DNA from: an uncultured Verrucomicrobiae bacterium
Lineage (GTDB): Bacteria > Verrucomicrobiota > Verrucomicrobiia > Chthoniobacterales > UBA10450
Length of the DNA: 64,000 nt
Direction: 5' to 3'
Assembly: GCA_963772365.1 (NCBI GenBank)
Contig: CAVYXA010000003.1
Location: 416,001-480,000 of the forward strand
The notes beneath the pieces are model-generated. The model was given only the letters and a program-made list of their open reading frames with translations, was not told the DNA's origin and did not search any database. Numbering within the stretch: position 1 is the first letter of the stretch; the number at the start of each line of letters is the position of its first letter. Both the position numbers and the translations under genes were made by a program. Positions 29,242-39,299 of the stretch are shown one piece after another.

Positions 29242-30356
29242 GGCGCGTCCAAAAGCGGGCGCGAAACCAGCGAGTCTCTAACCGGCGGCAGCGCCAGCGG
29301 CAACATCTCCTGGATGTCAAGGTGCGTTCCCGGACTGCCACAGAGCAACGAAACCGACGCATCCTGGTCTTTATGTCCAAAGCCATTCTCGTTGTGATTC
29401 TCGTAATCGGAGTTTATTTCGGAGCGCGGGAAGGTGCGCGCCGTTTGTTTTTCGAAAACCCGGATTATGCGCTCAGCACGATTGCAGTTCAGACTGACGG
29501 AACTTTGCAACGAGATCAGATTCTGAAAGCGGCTGATCTATATGAAGGCGAAAACATTTTCGTGGTAAATCTCGGGCGAGTTCACGACCGATTGCAGGAG
29601 CTTGCGCAAGTGGATGAAGTGCAGGTTGTCCGGAAGTTGCCGGGCGAAATCGACATTCAAGTGGTCGAGCGCAAACCGATCGCGTGGATCACCGCTGCGA
29701 AACAGATCACGGATCCTTTTTCATCCGATGGTGTTTTTCTGGTGGACGCGCGCGGTGTTTTGATGAAAGAAAAGAAATTGCTGCCCGAATATCTCGGATT
29801 GCCGGTCATTTTGGGATGCTCGAGCGATGCGCTCGAGGCGGGAAAAGTTGTCGAATCTCCCGAAGCAAGAGCAGCGCTGGAAATGTTGCGGCTGAGCACG
29901 CGCAGCTTCATGCAAACGCGTTTTCAAATCCGCGACATCGATCTCTCGAAAGAGTACTGCCTCGTAGTGACGGACAAGGAACGGACGCGGGTCACGTTCG
30001 GTTTTGACGATCTTGATATGCAATTGCGCCGACTGGAACAATTTCTGACGTATGCCGATGATACGAAGCAGGAGCTCGCGACTGTGAATTTGCTGGTTCG
30101 ACGCAATATCCCGGTGACGTTTGGGAAATCGCCGACTGAAATCATCAATGACACGATTGACCCGACGTTAACCCCACGTCCGTTAAATTCGGTTCCCGCA
30201 AAATCCGAATCGCAGCAGTTTGGCACTTTTTCGGCGCGCAAACCCAGGGAGACTTCGAAGCCACGGTCGACGCCCGCGGCTACAGCGACGCCGCACCCGA
30301 TTCGCCGTGCGCTTCCCGTCAATCAGCCAAAGAAGGAGAAACGAAGTGGGCGGTAA
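29238..30356 (+). CDS. ftsQ: Cell division protein FtsQ/DivIB (POTRA domain)
   Basis: TM helix then POTRA (…VVRKLPGEIDIQVVERKPIA); lies between ddl and ftsA. Confidence 0.85.
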   Translation: MRRVQKRARNQRVSNRRQRQRQHLLDVKVRSRTATEQRNRRILVFMSKAILVVILVIGVYFGAREGARRLFFENPDYALSTIAVQTDGTLQRDQILKAADLYEGENIFVVNLGRVHDRLQELAQVDEVQVVRKLPGEIDIQVVERKPIAWITAAKQITDPFSSDGVFLVDARGVLMKEKKLLPEYLGLPVILGCSSDALEAGKVVESPEARAALEMLRLSTRSFMQTRFQIRDIDLSKEYCLVVTDKERTRVTFGFDDLDMQLRRLEQFLTYADDTKQELATVNLLVRRNIPVTFGKSPTEIINDTIDPTLTPRPLNSVPAKSESQQFGTFSARKPRETSKPRSTPAATATPHPIRRALPVNQPKKEKRSGR

Positions 30357-31544
30357 TGATTTGATGGTGGGTCTCGAAATCGGGACATCGAAAATTTGTG
30401 TCGTTGTCGGTGAAAGCCGGGCCGATGGAACGATCAAGATCCTCGGAGTAGGCGAGGCCCCATCGCGTGGTGTGCGCAAGGGCGAGATTGTCGATTTTGA
30501 AACGGCAATGAAATGCGTGCACGAGGCCGTTGTCGATGCGGAACAGAAAAGCGACGTGATGATTCGGAGCGTTTATGTGGCTGTGGCCGGCGCGCACATT
30601 CAGAGCTTCAACAATCGCGGCACGGTGATGTTGCCCGAAGACCGTGATGAGATCGACGAGCAGGACATCGAAGATGTGAAGATCAACGCGCGGGAGGTCA
30701 GCATTCCCTCGCAAAACGCTTTTCTGCATTCGATCATCCAACATTATCATGTCGATGGTCAGGATGGCGTGCTCAATCCCATCGGGATGCTCGGGCAAAA
30801 GTTGGAAGCAGATTTTCACATTGTTCACGGCGTGCGCACGCGGATTCAAAACACGATCCGTTGCGTGAAAGAGCTGCCGCTCGACGTGGAGGATGTCGTG
30901 TTCAGCGCGCTCGCTTCGGCCCAGGTTGTATTGACCCAGCACCAAAAGGATCTGGGTGCGCTGGTGATCGACATGGGCGGTGGCACGACGGATTACATTT
31001 TGTATGCGGATGGGGCCATCAAGCAGAGCGGCGCACTGGCTGTAGGCGGCGATCACATCACAAACGATATCTCGATGGGGCTGCGCATTCCGATGGCTCG
31101 GGCTGAAAAATTGAAGATTGAGGAGGGCAGCGTCGTTCTGGGGAATTGTCTGCCGGGCGAAACAATTCTGTTAAAGGACGATTCGGGATTTGCCGGGAAA
31201 GAAGTCGAGCGCGAAACGCTCAATACGATCATGAATCTACGGATGCGGGAAACTTTCGACCTCCTCAAACGGACGCTGGAAGAAGAATCATTCATCAACT
31301 ACGTCGGCGCGGGGGTTTTCATTACCGGTGGCTGTAGCTTGCTCAATGGAATTGATCATCTGGCCGAAGAAGCGTTCGAAATGCCCGCGCACGTGGCCCA
31401 TGCCCAAACAATGTCAGGGTTAACATCGGCTTTCGAAAACCCCAATTTTCCACCGCCATCGGTCTCCTTAAGTATGCGCAAGCAGTGCAAGCCGATCGGC
31501 CGCGGCGCGGGATCCGAGGAATGCTCGGCAGAGTTTTTCGGTGA
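30346..31544 (+). CDS. ftsA: Cell division protein FtsA; frameshift near 31443
   Basis: GLEIGTSKI, IDMGGGTTD, GGDHITNDI, ITGG; C-terminus QFSTAIGLLKY in the shifted frame; GTG start with AAGGAG. Confidence 0.93.
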
Positions 31545-31571
31545 ATGCGATAGGCAAAATTTTAATGTTTG

Positions 31572-31635
31572 GTAGGGCGCGACCGCCGGGCGCGCTGGAG
31601 ATACGCAATTGTGGACGGCCCGGCGGTCCGCCCCC
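31572..31635. repeat. GTAG-type REP-like hairpin between ftsA and ftsZ
   Basis: Starts GTAGGGCG; perfect 11-bp IR GACCGCCGGGC (31581-31591) / GCCCGGCGGTC (31618-31628). Confidence 0.7.
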
Positions 31636-31647
31636 CAAATGATTTAA

Positions 31648-33040
31648 ATGATTCAACTCAGCAAAAATTACAGTTTGCCCGAACGGGAAGCCGAAGCGAT
31701 CCCGATTAAAGTTGTCGGATTGGTGGCGCTGGCTCCAATGCCCTGGATCGCGTTGTCCTGGATGGATTGGAACGTGCGGATCTGGTGGCGATTAACACCG
31801 ATGTGCAATCCCTCGCCAGCTCGGTAGCCACGCACAAAATCCAATTGGGTCGAGCGGTGACCCGTGGCCTGGGCACCGGCGGCGATCCGGAGCTTGGTTA
31901 TCAGGCAGCCATTGAATCGGCCGACGAGATACGGGAATCTCTGGCCGGCGGTCGAATGATTTTTTTGTGCGCTGGACTTGGCGGCGGGACCGGTTCCGGT
32001 GCTGCGCCGTTCGTTGCTCAGCTCGCTCGAGAAGCCGGCTCATTGGTCATCGCATTTGCCACGCTTCCGTTTTCTTTCGAAGGCAAACGACGCACTGGCC
32101 AGGCGCAGGAAGCGCTGGCTCGGCTTAACGAAATTGCTAATGCGGTAATTTGTTTTGAAAACGATCGAATGGGCGACATGGTTGCGCCCAAGGCTGGAAT
32201 TCATCAGGCATTCGCCGTCGCGGACATCACTATCAGCCAAAGCGTGCGCGCCATTGTGAATCTGATTCAGCGTCCTGGCCTGATCCGGATCGGATTTCGA
32301 CGATTTGCTGGCCGCCTTGCGAAGTCAGAACGGACGCTGCCTGTTTGGTTTTGGCGAATCCGAATCCGATAACCGGGCGCACGACGCGCTTACTCAAGCG
32401 CTCAAAAATCCGCTGATGGACAAGGGCCGGATGCTGGCCGATGCGGCGCGCGTGCTGGTCCAGGTCGCCGGTGGTCCGGCCATGACGTTGTCCGAAGTGG
32501 AAATCTTGATGAAAGAACTTGGCCGCCATGTCAGCGATCAAACTCAGATTCTTTTCGGGACGGCTGTAGATGGACGAATGGGGAACCGGCTAAGCGTCAC
32601 GATCATTAGCTCGCTCAGCGCCGATGTCGATCTTGCGATTGGGAACGCCAGCGCCGTCGGAGCCTGTTGCAGCCGCAAAGCCGACACTTGAAGAAACGGT
32701 CGAGGTTCCGTCGCCAGATATCGAGATCCTGCCGGAGCCGCTTCCAGTGGACGCGGAACCGACAAGCGATCTGGTTCCATTGGAACCTGCGCCGGTTGAG
32801 AGTCGCCTGCCACACCGCCGAAATCAAGCCGACCGAGGCGCCTGTTATTCTGCCGAAGAAAAAAGTTATTCCGATCAAGGAAGCCGAAACCGAAAGATCG
32901 ACAAAGTGCACGCCAAACAGGAAGTCCTTCAATTTGAGCCTGTCACGCGTGGCCGGTTCGAGAAGAGCGAGCCCACGATTGTCGAAGGCCAGGATCTCGA
33001 TGTGCCGACCTTCCTACGCAAGAACATTCGCGTAAAATAA
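31648..33040 (+). CDS. ftsZ: Cell division protein FtsZ; several apparent frameshifts
   Basis: IKVVG-GGAGSNA, INTD, GLGGGTGSG, PFSFEG, C-terminal DLDVPTFLRK, spread over frames. Confidence 0.92.
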
Positions 33041-33159
33041 TTACAGAAAAATCGACGACGGAAGTTTAAACCAGGGACATTTTTCAGAATAGCGCTGGCG
33101 ATCGTTATACCGACATTCTGGAATAGGCCGGCAAACCTCTCGATCCTTCGCAAGCGGCC

Positions 33160-34506
33160 TTATTTTTTCATCAGATCGAGCACGGCACTGGCCATCGCAA
33201 CAAGACCGGTGCGAATCGTTGGCTCTGGAACCGGGGCGAATTTGCTCGAGTGCAAACTCGGTAGCGGCATCGCGCCCGGCTTTTTCGAAGCGGCAATCTT
33301 TTCCGGAGCAACTGCACCGACATGAAAATCGACCGCCGGAATCGAGTGGTCCGGCAAACTGAACTCGGAAAAATCTTCGCCGCCCATGGTAGGATCGACA
33401 ATCTCCACGTTCTGATCGTCTAACACTTTTTTCCAGACGCCGATCAGACGCTGAGTCAGCTCTGGATTATTGTAGGTCGAGGGAGTGAATTCGTTCTTCC
33501 GTACCTGGACATCGGGCAGCTTATCGTCCGGCCAACCGCCGGCTTTGGCGCAGCCCTTGGCGATTCGATCAATCGCGGCGAGGACCTGGTCGCGCACGTC
33601 AGCTTTGTAGGTCCGCACGGTGAGCTGCATTTTAACTTCGTTAGGGATGATGTTGTGCTTGGTGCCGCCGTGGATCGAGCCAACTGTAATCACGACTGGA
33701 TCGATCGGGTTGATCTCGCGTGAGGCGATCGTTTGCCAGGCGTTAATCATTTCGGCCGAAAGCACGATCGGGTCTTTGGTCCGATGCGGATACGCTCCGT
33801 GCCCGCCCATTCCATGCACAGTCACATCGACAGAATCGACATTGGCGTAGGTGTACCCGGGCGTGACGCCGATATGATTTGTTTCCAGTTGCGCGTTGTC
33901 GTGAAAACCGAGCGCGTAATTTGGTTTCGGAAAACGCGTGTAGAGACCATCTTTCAGCATCGCTCGAGCCCCGGTGCCGAGTTCTTCGGCCGGCTGAGCT
34001 ACAAACAAAATCGTGCCGTGCCACTGGTCTTTAAGCTTGGACATCGCCCGAGCCACGCCGATGAAGGTCGCGATGTGAATGTCATGCCCGCAGGCATGCA
34101 TCACGTGGACTTCGTCGCCTTTGTCATTCTTTGTGATCACCGTGCTGGCGTAGGGCAAATCGGTCTCTTCCTGTACCGGCAAGGCGTCCATGTCGGTGCG
34201 CACCAGCACAACCGGGCCGCTTCCGTTTTTCATCACGCCGACGACGCCATAACCTTTTTGCTGCGGATTAGCGTATTTGCCGATGTGGTCCGTGACTTCA
34301 CAACCCGCGGTCTTCAATTCCTTTGCTACCATCGCCGACGTCCGCTCTTCTTGCGTCGACAGTTCCGGATGAGAGTGAACGTCTTTGTAGATCGCGAGCA
34401 GCGATGGCAATTCCGCTTTAGCCAGAGACTGCGGTGTTTGCTGCGCAAAAGCGACACCCGGCGCGAATAACAAAAGCGATAGGATCGACAACCAATGAAT
34501 CTTCAT
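33160..34506 (-). CDS. Secreted M20D-family amidohydrolase
   Basis: HSHPELS, RTDMDALP, MHACGHD, QPAEE, GGEDFS, LHSS; signal peptide from M at 34506. Confidence 0.92.
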   Translation of the reverse strand: MKIHWLSILSLLLFAPGVAFAQQTPQSLAKAELPSLLAIYKDVHSHPELSTQEERTSAMVAKELKTAGCEVTDHIGKYANPQQKGYGVVGVMKNGSGPVVLVRTDMDALPVQEETDLPYASTVITKNDKGDEVHVMHACGHDIHIATFIGVARAMSKLKDQWHGTILFVAQPAEELGTGARAMLKDGLYTRFPKPNYALGFHDNAQLETNHIGVTPGYTYANVDSVDVTVHGMGGHGAYPHRTKDPIVLSAEMINAWQTIASREINPIDPVVITVGSIHGGTKHNIIPNEVKMQLTVRTYKADVRDQVLAAIDRIAKGCAKAGGWPDDKLPDVQVRKNEFTPSTYNNPELTQRLIGVWKKVLDDQNVEIVDPTMGGEDFSEFSLPDHSIPAVDFHVGAVAPEKIAASKKPGAMPLPSLHSSKFAPVPEPTIRTGLVAMASAVLDLMKK

Positions 34507-34625
34507 TTTCTCATGCTGAGGGAATTCGAGGTCTCTCTCAACTTTTATTCTATCGAAAACCTGCCACCACATAAGCAGCGCACGCACGTGAAAGCGTTTG
34601 CCCGCGCGATGTTTATCGTGAGATC

Positions 34626-36261
34626 ATGCCCCCGACCAAGAGAACGGAGAAACAGATCATGGGAAAACTGCCTGCCGGAATAGAATTGCTCGGCGAAATC
34701 GCGCCCGCTTACGCGCAAATCCTGACGACGGAGGCGCTGACGTTCGTCGCGAAGCTGGAACGGAGTTTTCGTAAGCCGCGGAAGGAATGCCTGGCCCGGC
34801 GACAGCAGCGCCAGGCCGCGCTCGACCGCGGCGGGACACTCGATTTTCTACCGGGAACAAAATCAATTCGGGAAAGCGATTGGCAATGCGCTTCCGATTC
34901 CGGCCGATCTCCGAGATCGGCGAGTGGAGATCACCGGGCCCACCGATCGCAAAATGGTCATCAATGCGCTCAATTCCCGCGCGCGGATTTTCATGGCCGA
35001 TTTTGAGGACGCTAATTCACCGACTTGGGCGAACATGGTTGAAGGCCAGATCAATTTGCGTGACGCCATTCGGCGCACGATCGCGTTCACGAATCCCGAA
35101 GGGAAAGGAATACAAGCTCAACGATAAGCACGCTGTTCTGATTCGTCGGCCGCGCGGCTGGCATCTCGAGGAGAAACATATGCTTGTCGATGGCGAGCCG
35201 GTTGCCGGCGCGCTGTTCGATTTTGGTCTCTTTTTTTTTCACAACGCCAGGGAATTGATCGCGCGCGGCACGGGCCCATATTTTTATCTTCCGAAAATGG
35301 AAAGCCATCTGGAGGCGCGCATTTGGAACGACGTCTTCAATCTGGCCCAGGACGAACTGGGGATTCCGCGGGGCACGATCCGCGCGACGGTTTTGATCGA
35401 GACGATTCCGGCCGCGTTCGAGATGGACGAAATTCTTTACGAACTGCGCGAACATTCCGCCGGACTGAACTGCGGGCGATGGGATTACATTTTTTCCTGC
35501 ATCAAAAGATTCCGAAACAAACCGGATTTTTTGCTGGCCGATCGCGCGCTCATTACGATGACGACGCATTTCATGCATTCGTATTCGCTGCTCTGCATCA
35601 AGACCTGTCATCGGCGAAAAACATTCGCGATGGGTGGAATGGCGGCGCAGATTCCGGTGAAGAACAATCCGGCGGCGAACGAAGAAGCGTTTGCCAAAGT
35701 GCGCGCGGACAAGGAGCGCGAAGCGCGGCGATGGTCACGACGGAACCTGGGTCGCGCATCCGGGAATGGTGCAATTGGCCACGGAGGCGTTCGACGCAGT
35801 GATGCCGCAGCCCAATCAAATCGAGCGGAAGCGGGACGATGTCGATGTTACGCGCGAAAGATTTGCTCGACTTCGGCCCGCGCGGTCCGATCACGGAAGC
35901 GGGTTTGCGCACGAACGTGAGCGTCGGCGTGCAATATCTCGAGGCGTGGTTGCGCGGCCAGCGGCGCGGTGCCAATTTTCAATTTGATGGAAGACGCGGC
36001 CACGGCGGAAATCTCGCGCGCGCAGGTTTGGCAATGGATTCGCCATCCCGAGGGCAAACTCGAGCGATGGTCGCAAAGTCACGAAGGAGTTTTTCGCGAA
36101 CGTCTTGGACGAAGAGCTGGCAAAGGTCCGAGCGCAGATCGGCGACGATCGTTTCGCCAAAGGCAAATTCGAAATGGCGCGCGACGTTGTTCGATCAGAT
36201 CACCACCGACGATGAGTTCGCCGAATTTCTAACCTTACCGGGCTATGAAAAACTCAACTGA
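34626..36261 (+). CDS. aceB: Malate synthase A; several apparent frameshifts
   Basis: [76 protein letters not shown]. Confidence 0.92.
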
Positions 36262-37514
36262 TTGGACAAGCCGACTCGCGCTGGAGCGGCGGAGTCACGG
36301 ATCGAACGGCCATATTCGCCGGCAGATGTGAAACGGCTGCAAGGCAGCATCGTCGTCGAGCATACCCTTGCCCGGCGCGGCGCGGAAAAGTTTTGGCAGT
36401 TGCTTCAATACCGAGAACTTACATCGCCGCGCTCGGCGCACTGACTGGTAATCAAGCGGTGCAACAGGTCCGAGCCGGACTGAAGGCGATTTATTTGAGC
36501 GGCTGGCAGGTGGCGGCTGACGCGAATCTGGCCGGGCAAATGTATCCGGACCAAAGCCTGTATCCGGCGAATAGCGCGCCGGCAGTCGTGAAACGAATCA
36601 ATCAAGCGCTGCAACGAGCGGATCAAATCGATCGGGCAGATGGCAAAAACAAGATCGACTGGTTCGTGCCAATCGTGGCCGATGCCGAAGCCGGCTTTGG
36701 CGGCCCGCTCAACGTGTTCGAGCTGGTGAAGGCAATGATCGAAGCAGGCGCGGCCGGTGTCCATCTGGAAGACCAACTAGCCAGCGAGAAAAAATGCGGC
36801 CACATGGGCGGCAAAGTCTTGGTGCCTACACGCACTGCGATCGCGCATTTGGTAGCGGCGCGACTCGCCGCCGATGTCTCAAACGTTCCGACATTGATCA
36901 TCGCCCGCACCGATGCGAACGCGGCCGCGCTTCTGACCAACGATGTCGATGAACGCGATCAGCGGTTTCTCACAAAGGAACGAACGCGCGAAGGATTTTT
37001 TCGAGTTCGGGCGGGAATCGATCAGGCAATTGCCCGCGCGCTCAGTTATGCGCCTTATGCCGACATGATCTGGTGCGAAACGTCCGAGCCGAACATTCAG
37101 GAGGCGAAAAAGTTCGCTGAAAGCATTCGTGCGAAATATCCGGGCAAACTGCTGGCTTACAATTGTTCGCCATCGTTCAATTGGAAAGCGAAGCTCGACT
37201 CCGCGACGATCGAAAAATTTCAACGGGAACTCGGCGCGATGGGCTACAAGTTCCAATTCGTTACCCTGGCGGGATTCCACGCACTCAACTTCGCAATGTT
37301 CGATCTGGCCCGCGGTTACAAGGAGCGTGGTATGGCAGCGTACTCCGATCTGCAGCAGGCCGAGTTTGCAGCGGAGCACGACGGTTACACGGCAACCAAG
37401 CATCAGCACGAGGTCGGAGCCGGCTATTTCGACGAAGTGGCGCGGATCATCTCAGGAAGTGAGTGTTCGACCGCGGCGCTACGCGGCTCAACCGAAGAAG
37501 AACAATTTCAGTGA
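36245..37514 (+). CDS. aceA: Isocitrate lyase; 5' region frameshifted, start uncertain
   Basis: [45 protein letters not shown]. Confidence 0.95.
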
Positions 37515-39269
37515 GCCGGGACTCATTGGCCGTGGCATCGCTGACCGATAGCCGGCTGGCCACGCTTTGCGCCGAGACGGCGCGCGACGAGTTCCTGAAG
37601 TACGAAACGGGTTTCGATACGATCACCAAAAGAGCGCGCGATCGGTTTGCCCAGAGCGATTGGAAGGGCAGCCATACTGACGCGGCGGAGCGGTTGCATC
37701 TCTATTCTCGCGTCCTCGATGAACTGGTGTCTGAAATCAGAAGACTGATGGGTGAACGTTTGCGCGAGCGATCGGTATGGGTCGCAATGAAAGCGGTTTA
37801 CTCGTCGCTCATCGCCGAATCACTCCGCTGGGAAATCGCCGAGAGTTTTTTCAATTCTCTCACCCGCCGCATCTTCGCCACGGAAGGAGTCGATCAATCG
37901 ATCGAATTTGTGGATACCGATTTTGACGCGCCGCCTGCGCGTCCAGCGATGCCTGTATGGAAGCGATTTTCCGGAAGAAACCTGACCGAGCTGCTATTCG
38001 TGGCGCTTACAGATAAAAAGATCGGCGGATTTGAAGAAGAGCGTTGGCAAAATCTTCGCGATGACATTGAGCTTGCGGCGGAACGACTACGCCCGGCGCT
38101 TTCCGCGAAACAAACCGACATCGGTACTCGATTTGGTTAGCGCATTGTTCTATCGCGGCCGAGGCGCTTATCTGGTTGGCCGATTAAGCTCGAACAGCGC
38201 GGATGAATCGGTCCCCGTCGCGTTTTGCCTGTTACATTCCGAATCCGGGATGAGCCTCGACGCCCTCCTTGTCGGAGAGGCGGACTTGTCGATCCTATTC
38301 TCCTACACGCGAGCTTATTTCCGCGTTGAGGCGCCGTGCCCGTATGAACTGGTCCGGTGGCTGCGTCAATTAATGCCACTCAAGCGACTGGCCGATCTTT
38401 ACAACGCCATCGGTTTCAATCGTCACGCAAAGACGGAGTTTTATCGCGACTTTGTTCGTCATCTGGAGAACTCGCAAGACCGATGTGTCACCGCAGAGGG
38501 CGACCGCGGCATGGTGATGCTGGTGTTCACGCTGCCCAGCTACGATGTCGTTTTCAAAATTATTCGAGACCGGTTCGATGCGCCCAAGGAGAACGACCGC
38601 GCCGACGTGATGCGTCGTTACCGGATTGTGTTCGAACACGATCGCGCCGGGCGATTGGTGGAAGCGCATGAGTTCGAGCATCTGCGAATTGGGCGGGATC
38701 GGTTCGAACACAATCTGCTGAAGGACTTGCTCCAGAACGCCGCGAACACTGTCCGTCTTGAGGGCGACGATCTCGTAATCAGCCATGCTTACGTCGAACG
38801 CCGGGTCCGGCCGCTGAATCTATTCTTTCGTAAGTGCAGCCCCGAACAGGCCGTGGCGGCGGCCCGCGATTATGGCCAGGCCATCAAGGACCTGGCTGCA
38901 TCCAACATTTTCCCGGGAGATCTTCTGACCAAAAACTTCGGCCTCACCCGCCGTGACCGCGTCGTGTTTTACGATTACGACGAGCTCACATTTCTTACCG
39001 ACTGCAACTTTCGCGAAATGCCGCAAGCCACGAGCTACGAAGAGGAAATCTCAGCCGAGCCGTGGTTTTCCGTGCGCGAGAACGATATTTTCCCGGAAGA
39101 ACTTCCCAATTTCCTTTCTTTCCCCGAGCCGGCCCGCAAGGCTCTCCTTGAAAAACATGGCGATTTATTCCGGCCCGGGTTCTGGCGTCGGGTTCAAGAG
39201 AAACTAGGCGGTGGCGAGCTGCCCGAGGTGTTTCCCTATGCGCAGCAACGCCGACTGAGAAACGAGTAG
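37511..39269 (+). CDS. aceK: Isocitrate dehydrogenase kinase/phosphatase; frameshift near 38120
   Basis: [53 protein letters not shown]. Confidence 0.92.
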
Positions 39270-39299
39270 CCGAATTGTCATTCCGACCGACTTTTTGGC

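Noticed and set aside
30346..38200. Apparent pseudogenisation or programmed frameshifting of ftsA, ftsZ, aceB, aceA and aceK
   Set aside because: The breaks are single-base indels, often in short homopolymers, clustered regionally, hitting normally essential genes, with motifs otherwise intact. Sequencing or assembly error is more likely; read polishing would decide.
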